Counted from the stretch's first letter, positions 8,660-19,583 are shown. The stretch is 64,000 bases of DNA from Sedimentisphaerales bacterium (GCA_963663805.2 CAXXMR010000011.1:96001-160000), one strand, 5' to 3'. The notes: a model not told the origin generated them from the sequence alone. Program-made: numbers and translations.

Positions 8660-11600
8660 TCCGTTCGACCGTACTGCCAAAGACATAAGCCAGTTTGAAG
8701 TTCAAGGACAATCCTTAGCAGATATAGTCAAGGCCTCCGAAATGCCCGAATCATCGGTTTCTGTTAATGGTGTCCTGATTGACCCAGACGACTGGAATTC
8801 TTATGTTATTAGGCAGGGTGACTATATTCTGATGATTCCTAAATTTCAAGGCGCAAGTGACAGTTCAAAACGCACCATAGGCATGGTTGCAATGATTGTC
8901 GTATCAATAGCATCAATGGGAGCGGGTTCATATGTTGCAGGGGCTGCATGGGGAGGTAAGGCTGCTGGTGCAATCGTTACGGCGTTAATCTCTACTGCTG
9001 GTGGATTAATCATCAACGCCATGATGCCGGGCCCAACTAATAACGACAACATTGACAAAAATCACACACAGGCTTATGGCTGGAATCCGGCAACGGCCCA
9101 GCAATCTGGGTTATCAATACCGTATTATTACGGAGTAAACCGGGTAAGAGGTAATGTTGTTGCCGCACACACCGAACCCACCGGAGAAGATAATAAGCAG
9201 GTACTAAGTGCAATTATCGCACTTGGCCGAGGGCCGATTAAGAGCATCGACAATATAAACATAAATGACCAGCCAGTGGGCTCGTATGACGGGGTTGAAA
9301 TTGTTGAACAAACCGGCACTTTAGGACAAAGCGGTTTTAAGGCCGTAAATAAAACTAAAACCGAATACGCTATGGGAAATAGATTGAGGTATAATCAACC
9401 TGTGATTGTGGATATTCCAGATACCGGGTTTGATGAATTTGAAGTTGATTTAACTTTACCTGCCGGGTTGTATCAGCCCAGTGGTAAAGTAGATGGGGGG
9501 TTGTCAAGTGATAGCGTGTACGCATCTATATTTTACCGTGAGAAGGGTACATCATCTTGGCTGAAAATGGCATTCTATAACAATGAATACCAAATCCCAG
9601 TCGATGAAAACACGGAAGTCTCTGCAATTACAATAACAGATATACGACTTGAAGACATTGTTTATTTGGATGAATATTATTCGTCCACTAACAATCAAGC
9701 AATTAGGATAGAATGTGAAACTAATCATAATACGTTAGCTGGAAATTACATTTACATCGATGGCGTTACGGGTTCAACCGGTGCAACACAATTAAATGGG
9801 ACGACACATAGAGTATTAGCAGAGACTTGGACTAGAAACCCACTTGGAGAGTGGACACCTAGTCCAAGCGTTACATCTAAAACGTTGGTTATCGCAAAAG
9901 TACATGGGTTTTCCACATCCGACTATGTAAGCGGAGGTACCATACTTCCGGTTGGAGCAAAAATTAAAGACACAAAATTAAATAATGTTCGTCGTACTTA
10001 TGGCCCTGCATATGTAGATTCAACTAAGACTTACGAATTGAAGTGCGAGAAATTGAACCCCGACAAAAGCGACACTGACCCCAATTATGGTGATGATTTA
10101 TATTTGGGTACTGTCAGGACATCTATCAACCAGTCTTTTCGTTATCCCCGATTAGCTGCGGTGGGCATTAAAGCCTTGGCAACCGAGGATTTGAGCGGTG
10201 GGCTGGACTTTTCCTGTGTAATCGAAGGTCGGTACGTGCGGGTATATGATGGTACTGATTGGGGCGTAACTTACTCCAATAATCCGGCGTGGGTTTTGTA
10301 TGACATTCTCACTCAGCCGGTTTTCAGCGGCAAGACACCGTATGAGCCGGGTGAAACACTGCCAGCTACCGCTTTCACGGTTGAAAGATACGACGGCTTT
10401 GACCCGCAATTCTTAGACAGTGATTCATTTTTGGCTCTGGCTAACTACTGTGATGAGACTGTCTATAATGGCCAGAAACGCATTACGTTCAATGGCGGTT
10501 TCGATGTTAATACCACACTCTGGGATGCTGCGTTAAAAATCTGTGAAGTTGGCCGCTGTATCTTGGTGCGCAGGGGTACGCGATATTCTGTTGTAATTGA
10601 TAAAGCGTCTGACCCAGTGGCATTATTTACCGTGGGCAATACCGGCAAGGATTCTTTCACGGAGATTTATATCCCAAAGGTTGACCGGGCCAGTGAAATC
10701 GAGATTCATTATCGAGATGCTGAGCTTGATTATGAACGGGTACCGTTTACGGTAGTTGACCCGGACAGCCCCAATACCAACAACAAAATATCCATCGAAC
10801 TATTTGGCATAACTAACCAAGATGAAGCTTGGCGACACGGCATGTTATTGCTCAACAAGAACCGCCTCATTGATTCAATGGTAGAATTCACCGCCGATGT
10901 CGATGCGGTTGCCTGTACACTTGGGGATGTAATACGAATCCAACAGGATGTACCCTTGTGGGGCGAAGGTGGCAGAATAGTTGAAGCCTCTGGAACTTCC
11001 GTAACATTGGATAGAGAGGTTTTCGATACCGGGGGCGTGCATGAATTAATGGTACGTCTAGGCACTGAGATAGAATCAAGTGACGGCGGCTTAACTGGCA
11101 CCGACAAGGTGGAAACCAGAACCGTTACAAACATCGACGGTCGAGTAGTAACGCTTTCCACAGCGTTCAGCAGTGACCCGGTCCGTGGTGATTTGTACGC
11201 ATTTGGAGAATCAGGCCAATCAACCCGGCTTGTAAGAATCACCGAAATGGAACGGGATTCAGACCAGAAAGTCAAAATCACCGCTATCGAGTATGTACCC
11301 GAAATCTATGCCGATGACACCTCTGAACCTCAGTTGATTGACATTGAGCCAATTGCTAAATTAGACCCCAGCGTTACAAACCTTTATGCAACTGAGCGGG
11401 TAGAATTGACCAGTACAGGCAGCGAAAAGCGGTATGTAGAAGTCGGCTGGAACCTGCCCCATGCTTCGGTTTGGTCTCATGCCGAAATCTTAGTTCAGCC
11501 TGACGGCCTGACCAGTTGGGAGAAAGTCGGGGAATCACCCATAGACCGGTTTTACTGGTATAACCCAACAATTAACACCTCATACACCATTGCGGTGGCC

Positions 11601-13880
11601 ACAGTTGATGCTCTGGGCCGTAGACAAAGCCTGACAGATGCCGCCAAGACCACCATCACCGTGGGCGAGAGCGTACCTTATGCCTCAAACACCAACACCT
11701 ACAGCGTCACCGGCTTAACTCTTGAGAATGCCCCGTTGGAAAATCAGTTTGTCGGTAAGGACGCTAAATTCACATGGAATGAAGCATCGGTAATTGATTC
11801 TAATACCCCGGCAGGGGAAGAAGTTGGCGGGGCCGGTTCAACTCAGCCGGATATTTGGTTCAGAGATTATGAGGTCACTATCCTTGACGAATCAGGCAAT
11901 GAAAGACGGGTAGATTATGTTACTTCACCCAACTACATTTATTCTTACGAGAAGAACTGGGAAGATGGCGGCGGTGTGCCGACCAGAAACTTTACCATAT
12001 CCGTCAAGGTCCGGGATGTTTATTATAATCTTTCTGCCACACCAGCAAAATTGACCGTGGAAAACCCGGCACCGGAAGAAATCGACAATTTGACCGCAGC
12101 CGCTTATGTTGACGCTATTGTGCTACAATGGGATGGGGTTGATGACTTGGATTTTGAAGGTTACGTTATTCACGTCGGTGACACAGCCGAATTTACTCCT
12201 TCTGATGTAACGCTATTATACAAAGGCAATGTTACGGGATTTGTTTATCACTGTACCGATTACACCGAACAGTTCTTCAAGGTGGCCGCCTACGACGCCT
12301 TCGGTCTGGCAGGCTTAAACTATGCCTCAACTTCAGAAACTCCCAACACACCAATTACGGGAGAACTGACCGATTATGATTTGGACGCCCCGTTCCTGTC
12401 AGGTGTTACTTGGTCAGCTGATACGACAAGCTATTCTTGGACGGCGGGAACAATGGTTTATGGTTCACAAGATATAACTGTGAGTGCCGGGAATTATAAT
12501 ACCTCCGCCTACACCAGCGATGATTATCCGGTTTATGTCTGGGCCGATCTATCCGGTACTATAGCCAATCCTCTGAGCTTCACAATCGCCAAGGGTAATG
12601 CCAATAAGCCGATCATCGGCGGCGATAAATGGCTTTTTGCCATTGTCGATAAAATTGATGCGAATAATGTAATCTTTCCGGCCTGGCAACAGCGGATAAT
12701 GCACGCTGGGCTGATGCAGGCCCGAACCATAACCGCCGATCTGATTGGAACCCAACAGATAAAAGCTGAGCATCTTGAAGCTGCTGAAATCATTACCTAT
12801 AGTATCCATGTTGCTGGCGGCCCGCCTGTCAATGCAACCAATGGGGCCACGTGGGGAAGTAATATTACTGACCAACCCTCGGACGCACAAATAATAACGT
12901 CACAAGGCACCGCAGCCGCTATCACTGACCAGGGGACATTAGCAACCAAATCCTCCGTTGACCTTGCCACTGGTGAAGTCACAAATAAAAGCCTGGCAAA
13001 TCTTGATAGTGCCGCAAATACCATAGTGACTACAGCAGGCAATGCCTTGGGGACAGTGTCGGCTAATGTTTATTATCACATTGTAGGGGCAGCAGCTACT
13101 TTGACCGGAAAGGCAGCGGGCTTATACGGCACTTCACAATATTTAGGATTCTGGTCAGGCACTGCCTTTACCTCTTATATTGATAGCAGCGGTAATGCCG
13201 TCTTCAAGAATTCATTAACTATTGGTGATTACGATGGAAGTGGCAAAGGATTGCAAATCTTGGCCGCAACTGGCACGGGCGATGTAACGCTACTGGCTAA
13301 GAATATTGATAGCAGTGGTTATTATACTGAAACTTTAATCGGAACCGGAGGAATTCAGGTATATGCCAAAAACAGCGGTGGATGGCCAGGTCAATCCAGT
13401 TCGTACATTACCGTTGACATCTCTACCGGCAAAAATGTTTCAGAGTTTTCAACCTTAAGGGCTGGGCGGGGGCCAGGTTTTGCAGGCACTACATTATTAG
13501 AAGTGACCACCTCAACAGGATTCTTTGGCAGGGGCGCCAATAAAATCACTTACGACGCCTCAAGCACTTCTGTCCCCGCAGCAGGATTAACCGGTACTAT
13601 TGACAATGCCAGATTGCCAGTTTTGATAAATTTTGGTTTTTATACCGGAGAAGATGACGCATCAAAAACCATAACACATGGTTTAAGTTCAACCCCAACC
13701 AAAATAGTCGTCCATTCAACGACAGATTCGGGTGGGGCTTTGATTTGGGAAGGCTCTGGTGATGATGATTCGTCAAGTGGTGTAAGTAATGTAGGAGCCA
13801 CCACGTTCCAAGTTAATGGCAATGCAGACGCAGATTTGAATAATGCAGAAAATTATTTCTGGATAGCAAGCTGCTTATAA
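8634..13880 (+). CDS. Central tail fibre / host-specificity protein J with fused gpI-like N-terminus
   Basis: 1748 aa; IPYYYG, SNNPAWVLYD and GDVIRI motifs; FN3-like repeats; distinct C-terminal region. Confidence 0.88.
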   Translation: MPQLVKIHNPFDRTAKDISQFEVQGQSLADIVKASEMPESSVSVNGVLIDPDDWNSYVIRQGDYILMIPKFQGASDSSKRTIGMVAMIVVSIASMGAGSYVAGAAWGGKAAGAIVTALISTAGGLIINAMMPGPTNNDNIDKNHTQAYGWNPATAQQSGLSIPYYYGVNRVRGNVVAAHTEPTGEDNKQVLSAIIALGRGPIKSIDNININDQPVGSYDGVEIVEQTGTLGQSGFKAVNKTKTEYAMGNRLRYNQPVIVDIPDTGFDEFEVDLTLPAGLYQPSGKVDGGLSSDSVYASIFYREKGTSSWLKMAFYNNEYQIPVDENTEVSAITITDIRLEDIVYLDEYYSSTNNQAIRIECETNHNTLAGNYIYIDGVTGSTGATQLNGTTHRVLAETWTRNPLGEWTPSPSVTSKTLVIAKVHGFSTSDYVSGGTILPVGAKIKDTKLNNVRRTYGPAYVDSTKTYELKCEKLNPDKSDTDPNYGDDLYLGTVRTSINQSFRYPRLAAVGIKALATEDLSGGLDFSCVIEGRYVRVYDGTDWGVTYSNNPAWVLYDILTQPVFSGKTPYEPGETLPATAFTVERYDGFDPQFLDSDSFLALANYCDETVYNGQKRITFNGGFDVNTTLWDAALKICEVGRCILVRRGTRYSVVIDKASDPVALFTVGNTGKDSFTEIYIPKVDRASEIEIHYRDAELDYERVPFTVVDPDSPNTNNKISIELFGITNQDEAWRHGMLLLNKNRLIDSMVEFTADVDAVACTLGDVIRIQQDVPLWGEGGRIVEASGTSVTLDREVFDTGGVHELMVRLGTEIESSDGGLTGTDKVETRTVTNIDGRVVTLSTAFSSDPVRGDLYAFGESGQSTRLVRITEMERDSDQKVKITAIEYVPEIYADDTSEPQLIDIEPIAKLDPSVTNLYATERVELTSTGSEKRYVEVGWNLPHASVWSHAEILVQPDGLTSWEKVGESPIDRFYWYNPTINTSYTIAVATVDALGRRQSLTDAAKTTITVGESVPYASNTNTYSVTGLTLENAPLENQFVGKDAKFTWNEASVIDSNTPAGEEVGGAGSTQPDIWFRDYEVTILDESGNERRVDYVTSPNYIYSYEKNWEDGGGVPTRNFTISVKVRDVYYNLSATPAKLTVENPAPEEIDNLTAAAYVDAIVLQWDGVDDLDFEGYVIHVGDTAEFTPSDVTLLYKGNVTGFVYHCTDYTEQFFKVAAYDAFGLAGLNYASTSETPNTPITGELTDYDLDAPFLSGVTWSADTTSYSWTAGTMVYGSQDITVSAGNYNTSAYTSDDYPVYVWADLSGTIANPLSFTIAKGNANKPIIGGDKWLFAIVDKIDANNVIFPAWQQRIMHAGLMQARTITADLIGTQQIKAEHLEAAEIITYSIHVAGGPPVNATNGATWGSNITDQPSDAQIITSQGTAAAITDQGTLATKSSVDLATGEVTNKSLANLDSAANTIVTTAGNALGTVSANVYYHIVGAAATLTGKAAGLYGTSQYLGFWSGTAFTSYIDSSGNAVFKNSLTIGDYDGSGKGLQILAATGTGDVTLLAKNIDSSGYYTETLIGTGGIQVYAKNSGGWPGQSSSYITVDISTGKNVSEFSTLRAGRGPGFAGTTLLEVTTSTGFFGRGANKITYDASSTSVPAAGLTGTIDNARLPVLINFGFYTGEDDASKTITHGLSSTPTKIVVHSTTDSGGALIWEGSGDDDSSSGVSNVGATTFQVNGNADADLNNAENYFWIASCL

Positions 13881-13895
13881 TAAAGGAAATCAAAT

Positions 13896-14255
13896 ATGCA
13901 ATATTCAGAAGGTTCAGTAAACGTAACTCTTGACAGCCCGACCGTAACCGGCGTCGGGACCGCCTGGTCAGGTACTATCAATGTCGGTGACTGCTTCATG
14001 GTGTCGGGCGTCCTAGTGCCCTATACTGTGGCTTCAGTGGTTGATGATGATGAGATAACCTTATCAGCCCCTTGGGCTGGTGCTACCACCACCGGCGTAT
14101 CATATTTCATCACCCGCGGATTCACACTTAACTATAAATTCCCCGAAATCTACGGTGGAGACCGTAACTGGCCGGCACTTTACACCACGGCCCTGAGGAT
14201 GATTGATGCGAAGCTGAAGGACTTGGAGGATAGGATTGAGGCTTTGGAGCCGTAG
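13896..14255 (+). CDS. Short tail-fibre-N-terminal-like protein with C-terminal coiled coil
   Basis: YSEGSVNVT...VTGVGTAW...YTVASV...ITLSAPW resembles fibre anchor domains. Confidence 0.55.
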   Translation: MQYSEGSVNVTLDSPTVTGVGTAWSGTINVGDCFMVSGVLVPYTVASVVDDDEITLSAPWAGATTTGVSYFITRGFTLNYKFPEIYGGDRNWPALYTTALRMIDAKLKDLEDRIEALEP

Positions 14256-14277
14256 GGCAAATGGTGGCCTTAAAATA

Positions 14278-14493
14278 TTATATTTTAAGTATAACATGTA
14301 ATCTGTCATTGGGAATAATCGATACTGTGTCAGAGATTCCAAAATCTCGAACACAGTACATCATTTGATTAGAACAGTCGGGATTAGGACAATTAAATGA
14401 ATAATTGCCAGAGCAGTTGGGGCGGTCAGTTCCATAAATATCAAATTTAGTCTTACATGCTTCACATTCATGATTTCTTTTCCAGCAGAACAT
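14278..14493 (-). CDS. Small Cys-rich putative zinc-binding protein
   Basis: CEAC ... CPNPDC; RBS AGGAG before the ATG at 14493. Confidence 0.55.
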   Translation of the reverse strand: MFCWKRNHECEACKTKFDIYGTDRPNCSGNYSFNCPNPDCSNQMMYCVRDFGISDTVSIIPNDRLHVILKI

Positions 14494-14542
14494 TAGCAAG
14501 CTCCTAAATTAAATTGTATAAAATGTCAGTACGACTAAACGA

Positions 14543-14734
14543 TTATTCCAAACAACCCCCATTCATCTGCCATTGCATCAAACACTTATTGCACAAATGT
14601 ACATCTTCCCCAATCTCAGGCACTCTCCACCCTTCAAGCCCCTCAGAGGATTCGTGGTTTTGCCTCACCTCGGTTGTCAATCCGCATCGATTACACACAT
14701 ACCACCATTGATTATTTTCGGTCCAAAAACTCAT
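14543..14734 (-). CDS. Small zinc-finger protein
   Basis: CNRC ... HLCNKC; RBS GGAG in the tail of the upstream ORF. Confidence 0.6.
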   Translation of the reverse strand: MSFWTENNQWWYVCNRCGLTTEVRQNHESSEGLEGWRVPEIGEDVHLCNKCLMQWQMNGGCLE

Positions 14735-14736
14735 TG

Positions 14737-14980
14737 TTAAGTCTCCTCTTCACCATAGCCTTCCCCTAGTCGCTTTTTACGCTCTTTCTGCTTGATTATG
14801 GCTTCATGGACACTGCCAAGTCGTTGGGGGCCATGAGACCCTTTACCGGGCGAAATGCACGCACTACCACAATTTGGGCACCTCGGCAGAAACCGGCTCG
14901 CACGTTCTTTAAAGCCTAACCATAAAACCTCATCGCAATCTTCGCACACATATTTGTAACGGCCCTTTTTTTCTGGTCAT
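14737..14980 (-). CDS. Small zinc-ribbon protein, possibly frameshifted at its 5' end (A7 tract)
   Basis: CEDC ... CPNC; the RBS-preceded ATG at 14980 is 1 nt out of frame; alternative GTG start at 14949. Confidence 0.5.
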
Positions 14981-15030
14981 GGCATAATCCCTTATGCATT
15001 ATTAATCTCGTCATACCAAGCCAAATATAC

Positions 15031-15567
15031 TTATTTGACAGGCTCTTTCCCTGTTTCCTCATCGTTTTCAATATCATCTTCGTCTTCTTCAGCAGGCGGC
15101 AACATCTTAGAATTTTCCTCATATACAATTCTGACATTTTTATTTATAAAGAGTTTATCAAGTTTATCTTGCACCTTTTGTACTTGGTCGATTAATTCCG
15201 GGTCACCATCCAAAAGTGCTGCTAGCCTAAACCTCTCTGCTTCCGGAGAATCCTTTCTTTTACCAAAAGCATGGTCAATGTTATCCAACCTTTTGCTAAT
15301 AATTTCTTGATTTAAAACTTGTGTTTCTGATTCAGTCCGATCTGTTGTGGCCGCAATTTCCGCAGCACGCCTAACCGAGATTTCTCCCTTACCTGTTTGT
15401 TCAAGCACTTTGCCTTCTGAATATTCTTGGGTTAAATCTTTACCCCAACTAAACGTTCGACTAATAAGTTTTTTGAACTTCGCAAGTATCTTGTTTTCAT
15501 TTGGCAGTGAAGCTTCCTTGGGAAAAGCACCGGCTCGAACAATTTCATTTTTAGTTTTATTATGCAT
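15031..15567 (-). CDS. Hypothetical helical protein with acidic C-terminal tail
   Basis: 178 aa; 8-bp overlap (ATGCATAA) with the upstream pentapeptide gene. Confidence 0.7.
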   Translation of the reverse strand: MHNKTKNEIVRAGAFPKEASLPNENKILAKFKKLISRTFSWGKDLTQEYSEGKVLEQTGKGEISVRRAAEIAATTDRTESETQVLNQEIISKRLDNIDHAFGKRKDSPEAERFRLAALLDGDPELIDQVQKVQDKLDKLFINKNVRIVYEENSKMLPPAEEDEDDIENDEETGKEPVK

Positions 15568-16219
15568 GGATCAATACCCCCGCATTCTCCCGCACACCTC
15601 GCATTCTAAAATCAAGCCCTGACCCTCCCATCATACGGTACAGCTTAGACAGTTCGTGAAATAACTCAGCAAGGTCTTCGGCTGTTGCTTCTCCAGGATC
15701 AATCAGTAATTCTAGCGGTTGAATATCTTGATAAGATTGCTGTTTCAGCTTCTCTTGAGTAATGATAATTGGCTCGACAAATATCTCTCCAAAAATAGAT
15801 TTATAACGCTCAAGGTCGACTTCCCTCATGCGAACTCTTTCAAGGTTGGCTCCTTCAAGGTTGGCTCCTTTAAGGTTGGCTCCTTCAAGGCAGGCTACTC
15901 TAAGGTTGGCTCCTACAAGGCTGGCTCCTTCAAGATAGGCTCCTTTAAGGTTGGCTCCTTTAAGGTTGGCTCCTTCAAGGTTGGCTCCTTCAAGGTCGGC
16001 TCCTTCAAGGTCGGCGAATCCAAGGTTGGCGTCCACAAGGTAGGCTCCTACAAGGTTGGCTCCTACAAGGTTGGCTCCTTCAAGTGGTATTGCATCGAGA
16101 ATCCCCATCTGTTGTCGATTCCATTCTGTAAAATCTTTGGCAATCGAGCAACGCTTAAGCATTGCAAACTGCTTAGAATCATAGCTTTTCTCATTATTAT
16201 TTTTGTTCTGCTTATCCAT
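15560..16219 (-). CDS. Pentapeptide-repeat protein with extra C-terminal domain
   Basis: A(N/D/Y)L(E/K/V)G repeats; C-terminal [29 protein letters not shown]. Confidence 0.85.
   Translation of the reverse strand: MDKQNKNNNEKSYDSKQFAMLKRCSIAKDFTEWNRQQMGILDAIPLEGANLVGANLVGAYLVDANLGFADLEGADLEGANLEGANLKGANLKGAYLEGASLVGANLRVACLEGANLKGANLEGANLERVRMREVDLERYKSIFGEIFVEPIIITQEKLKQQSYQDIQPLELLIDPGEATAEDLAELFHELSKLYRMMGGSGLDFRMRGVRENAGVLIHA
15841..16080. repeat. 16 tandem 15-bp units (consensus CAAGGTTGGCTCCTT) encoding the pentapeptide repeats
   Basis: Read directly; many units are identical at DNA level. Confidence 0.95.
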
Positions 16220-16236
16220 AAACCTTACCCTTCCAT

Positions 16237-17322
16237 CTATGCATTATTAATTTCATCATACCAAACATCTGGGCTCACTCTGGCATAAATCATGGTGGTG
16301 CTTATATCGCTATGCCCCATAATCTCCTTTAGTACCGGAATCGGCGTGCCGGCAGCGGCCATCCTGTAGCCAAAGGTGTGCCGAAATAGATGCCAGCCGG
16401 TCCCAACGCCTGAATGTCCAGACCGTTTGAATTTGGGCACCCATTTCTGGATGGGCGCAAGTAAATCTTGCCATTGCTTATCCCCAACAAAACCGCCCTT
16501 CTGCCCTTTGAAAACAGGCCCATTTTTCTTTCGTAAGGGCTCAAGTACCATTGCAAGGTCTGGGTGCAGAGGGATTGTACGCCCCCTACTGCTTTTGTCC
16601 TTTGGGATAATAATCAGGCTTTTGTCGTCTTTTCGCCACTGGACATGGCCCCATTCCATCCTTCTCATTTCTGACATTCTCATACCTGTTTTGAGGGCTG
16701 TAAACACAGGTAGGTAAATGCCCGCCCTGCGAGCCAGACGGAGAGTAATATCATATTCCCGGTCGTTCAAAAATCGAGGCGGAGTCTTAACCGGTTGGGG
16801 TAGTTCTGACCGAAGGCCTGAGCAGGGATTATCAGGCAAAATGTCCCGTTTTTGCAAATAACGACAAAACGCAGAAATCGAAGACAGGTAACTTCGCAAT
16901 GTGCTGGGGGCAAACTTAGGGGAACCGTTCTTTTGGGTTTGGACCGCAAGGCTGTCCAGAAATTCCAAGATACTCGCTTTGCTCAAGTCGTCATAGTTAT
17001 TGACGTTGTCTATGTATTTCCCCAACTGGCACTTCAGAGTTCGGAGATTGGCCATGTTTTTTCTGGTCTCAAAAAAATTATCGAGTGATTTCTTGAGGGG
17101 TTCGATAGGCCCCTTGCGGGCCAAGTTGACATTGTGCTGGATCCGGGCCACTGCTTTTAGGGCTATTCTCTTGTGTGTAGTCTTCAGGGAAACATAGCGT
17201 TTTTTACCCGTTTCATCGACATACTTATACCACCAAAATCGAGATTTTGAACGCTTATACAGGCAGCCTTGGGTTACACCATGGGTTACACCTGCTTTTT
17301 TGAGCAACACTAAATCTTCCAT
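16237..17322 (-). CDS. int: Tyrosine recombinase / phage integrase
   Basis: TGMRMSE (R), HLFRHTF (HxxR), [13 protein letters not shown] (H, Y); N-terminal arm-binding-like region. Confidence 0.95.
   Translation of the reverse strand: MEDLVLLKKAGVTHGVTQGCLYKRSKSRFWWYKYVDETGKKRYVSLKTTHKRIALKAVARIQHNVNLARKGPIEPLKKSLDNFFETRKNMANLRTLKCQLGKYIDNVNNYDDLSKASILEFLDSLAVQTQKNGSPKFAPSTLRSYLSSISAFCRYLQKRDILPDNPCSGLRSELPQPVKTPPRFLNDREYDITLRLARRAGIYLPVFTALKTGMRMSEMRRMEWGHVQWRKDDKSLIIIPKDKSSRGRTIPLHPDLAMVLEPLRKKNGPVFKGQKGGFVGDKQWQDLLAPIQKWVPKFKRSGHSGVGTGWHLFRHTFGYRMAAAGTPIPVLKEIMGHSDISTTMIYARVSPDVWYDEINNA
17271..17292. promoter_or_regulatory. Tandem 10-bp direct repeat GGGTTACACC x2, candidate integrase arm-type sites
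   Basis: 17271-17280 and 17283-17292, about 60-80 bp from the tRNA 3' end. Confidence 0.6.
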
Positions 17323-17352
17323 AACTTCCCTAGAGATAAAGACATAGAAAAA

Positions 17353-17425
<73 letters not shown>

Positions 17426-17464
17426 ATATCTCTCGCCGAGCGTCACGCTCAACAAGAACTAAGT

Positions 17465-17492
17465 ATTCTAGGCAAACTCGGCTACTGTTCAA
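17465..17492 (-). promoter_or_regulatory. Sigma70-like promoter for tRNA-Lys
   Basis: TTGAAC-N16-TAGAAT on the minus strand. Confidence 0.6.
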
Positions 17493-17741
17493 GTAATATT
17501 TTGAGCTTTTTTTCTCCGCCCCCTTAAATCGGCCTGCCCAAGCGGCAAAATCCCTGCCGTCCGAACCGACAACGTCCATATAACCTTGGCGATTATACCA
17601 ATTATACCGATTACAACTCCTGAAAACGCATTTTTTTGCTCATTTCCCCCTTCTGTTGACTTACTTGCCTAAGTTAGCTGCCTGACAGGTCGATACCACC
17701 ATCAGAGCCAGGAACTACAGCCCCTGTACCTTGAGGTAAAT

Positions 17742-19124
17742 ATGAATTCAAATGAGTTTGGCGAATTTCAGGACTGGTCGGACGCTGAAAACTGCATTGA
17801 GCGGGCCCACGACCTCTATGAGGCAGGCAGAATGCACGAGGCACTGGGCAATCTCCAGATTGCCATCGAAATCAACCCCGCCAACGGCAACTGGCACTTC
17901 AACAAAGGGCTTATCCTGGACACTCTAGAAAGATTCGACGAGGCCGTTGACGCCTTCACCTCCGCCCACGAACTCGAACCGGAAGACCCCGAAATTATGA
18001 ACTGCCTCGGCGTCGATTATACCCGCCTGGGCCAATACGAAAGATCTCTGGAAATTTTCGAAGAACTCGTCGCCGCTGTCCCGGACTTTGAGCCGGGCTA
18101 TTGCAACCGCATAATCACCTATTCGGAGATGGGCCGTCACGAAAAAGCCGAGGAAATGTTCTATCTTGCCCGCCAACTGAAAGACCACTGCCCGCTTTGC
18201 TACTTCAATATCGGCAACTCGTTATTTTCCCGTCAATTATACGACCGTGCGATATGGTGCTGGCAGCAGACCAGAAATCTTAGCCCTAACCAGCCCCAGG
18301 TCGAATGCCGCATCGCTCAGGCCTACTGGGCCAAAGGCGACTACCACAAAGCCGGCGAACATTTTCTGGCGGAACTCCGTCGCGGTCCGGGCGATGTCGA
18401 AGTACTCATGGACTACGGCATAATGCTGCTGGAAATGAACGACCTGCAGACCGCCCGCGAAAAATTCAACCGCATTATCGAACTTCATCCCGCCAACGGC
18501 ATGGCGCATCATTATCTGGGCGAACTCTACCTCAACGAAGGCCGGGTTTCACTGGCCGTCGAATCGTTTAATCGCGCTATTCGTCTCAGTCCCGAACCGC
18601 ACGGGTCACATTATCGACTCGGCGAATGCTTCCTGCTGCTGGGCCAAAAAGCCAATGCCCGCGAACATCTTCTGGCTGAACTTAAAAACGCGCCCGAACA
18701 AGCCGAAGTAATGCTTGACCTGGGTTGCCTGCTGGTCGAAGTGGACGAAATCGCTGAAGCGGTCAGTTGCTTTGAAAGAGCCATCGAAATTGAACCCCAG
18801 GATCCCAGCGGCTATCAAAACCTCAGTCTGTGCTATTATCGCCTCGGCCTCATCGAACGCGGCATCGACCTGTCCGACCAGGTTCTCGAAAATGACCCTG
18901 AAAATATCAGTGCCCTGCTTTCACTGGCCCAGGCCCATTTCGTCAGCGGTAATCTTATGGCCGCCCGCGAAAACATCCAGCTCGCCCGCCAACTCCTGCC
19001 CAAAAACAAGGCCGTCAACGCCCTCAGTCGCAAAATCCAGACGGCCCGAATCAAAAACAAAATTACCAAACCCCTACGTAATCTCACGGCCAGAAAACCC
19101 AAAACGGCTTCGTCCTCCAAATAG
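17742..19124 (+). CDS. Tetratricopeptide-repeat protein
   Basis: Many 34-aa TPR-like units (A..hFN.G..L...G.Y..A). Confidence 0.9.
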   Translation: MNSNEFGEFQDWSDAENCIERAHDLYEAGRMHEALGNLQIAIEINPANGNWHFNKGLILDTLERFDEAVDAFTSAHELEPEDPEIMNCLGVDYTRLGQYERSLEIFEELVAAVPDFEPGYCNRIITYSEMGRHEKAEEMFYLARQLKDHCPLCYFNIGNSLFSRQLYDRAIWCWQQTRNLSPNQPQVECRIAQAYWAKGDYHKAGEHFLAELRRGPGDVEVLMDYGIMLLEMNDLQTAREKFNRIIELHPANGMAHHYLGELYLNEGRVSLAVESFNRAIRLSPEPHGSHYRLGECFLLLGQKANAREHLLAELKNAPEQAEVMLDLGCLLVEVDEIAEAVSCFERAIEIEPQDPSGYQNLSLCYYRLGLIERGIDLSDQVLENDPENISALLSLAQAHFVSGNLMAARENIQLARQLLPKNKAVNALSRKIQTARIKNKITKPLRNLTARKPKTASSSK

Positions 19125-19440
19125 TGTGCGTTATTTCGGATTGGTAAAATCCTTGTAATTTCTTATTTTTTTAGGGAAATGGGGATTAGGGGAGTTTTTG
19201 GGGGTGGGAATGGGGGTATTTTTTTGTAAGTCTTTATTTTGCAAGGGTTGATTGGTTGGGGGGCAGCGCGATTTTGCCTTAAAATAGTGATTTTTTCGTG
19301 TTTTTCGTGTTTTTGGGGTGGGAAAAAACGCGTTTTTCTCGATTTTTTGACGTTTTTTCGTTTTTTGGCGAAATACAACTATACTATATCACCTTTTTGG
19401 GGCTATTTTTCTTAAAAAAGTACCATATAGTATGGAAGAA

Positions 19441-19583
19441 GGCATTAGGCATGAGGCATTAGGCATGAGTGAACGGAACGGAGGAAGGCATTAGGCATGA
19501 GGCAGGAGTGAACGGCGAGGTTTCGGCCTTTGGCCGAGGGTTGAATGATTAACGGCGCGGTGCCTGCCTTCGGCAGGGATTTA
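19441..19583. repeat. Heptamer tandem repeats (AGGCATT/AGGCATG) with AACGGC-hairpin-GATTTA modules
   Basis: Read directly; a related array is at 21017-21200. Confidence 0.8.

Noticed and set aside
8634..14255. Diversity-generating retroelement or invertible tail-fibre switch
   Set aside because: No reverse transcriptase, invertase or template/variable repeat pair seen in this window
14269..14358. Two inverted repeats (CTTAAAATA-TTA-TATTTTAAG; TACTGTGT..GAGATT/AATCTC..ACACAGTA)
   Set aside because: Could be a convergent terminator or chance; AT-rich and no family assignable
15841..16080. Possible CRISPR array
   Set aside because: Contiguous 15-bp coding repeats with no unique spacers and no cas genes
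15719..16288. 189-aa + strand ORF with KVGSF repeats
   Set aside because: Antisense shadow of the pentapeptide minisatellite; the stop-free frame is a by-product of the repeat
19163..19378. 71-aa Lys/Pro-rich ORF
   Set aside because: Low-complexity T/G-rich intergenic DNA with no coding signature
19441..19583. Possible CRISPR or integron attC array
   Set aside because: Units are 7 bp or irregular; no constant repeat-spacer period and no strict RYYYAAC/GTTRRRY pairing
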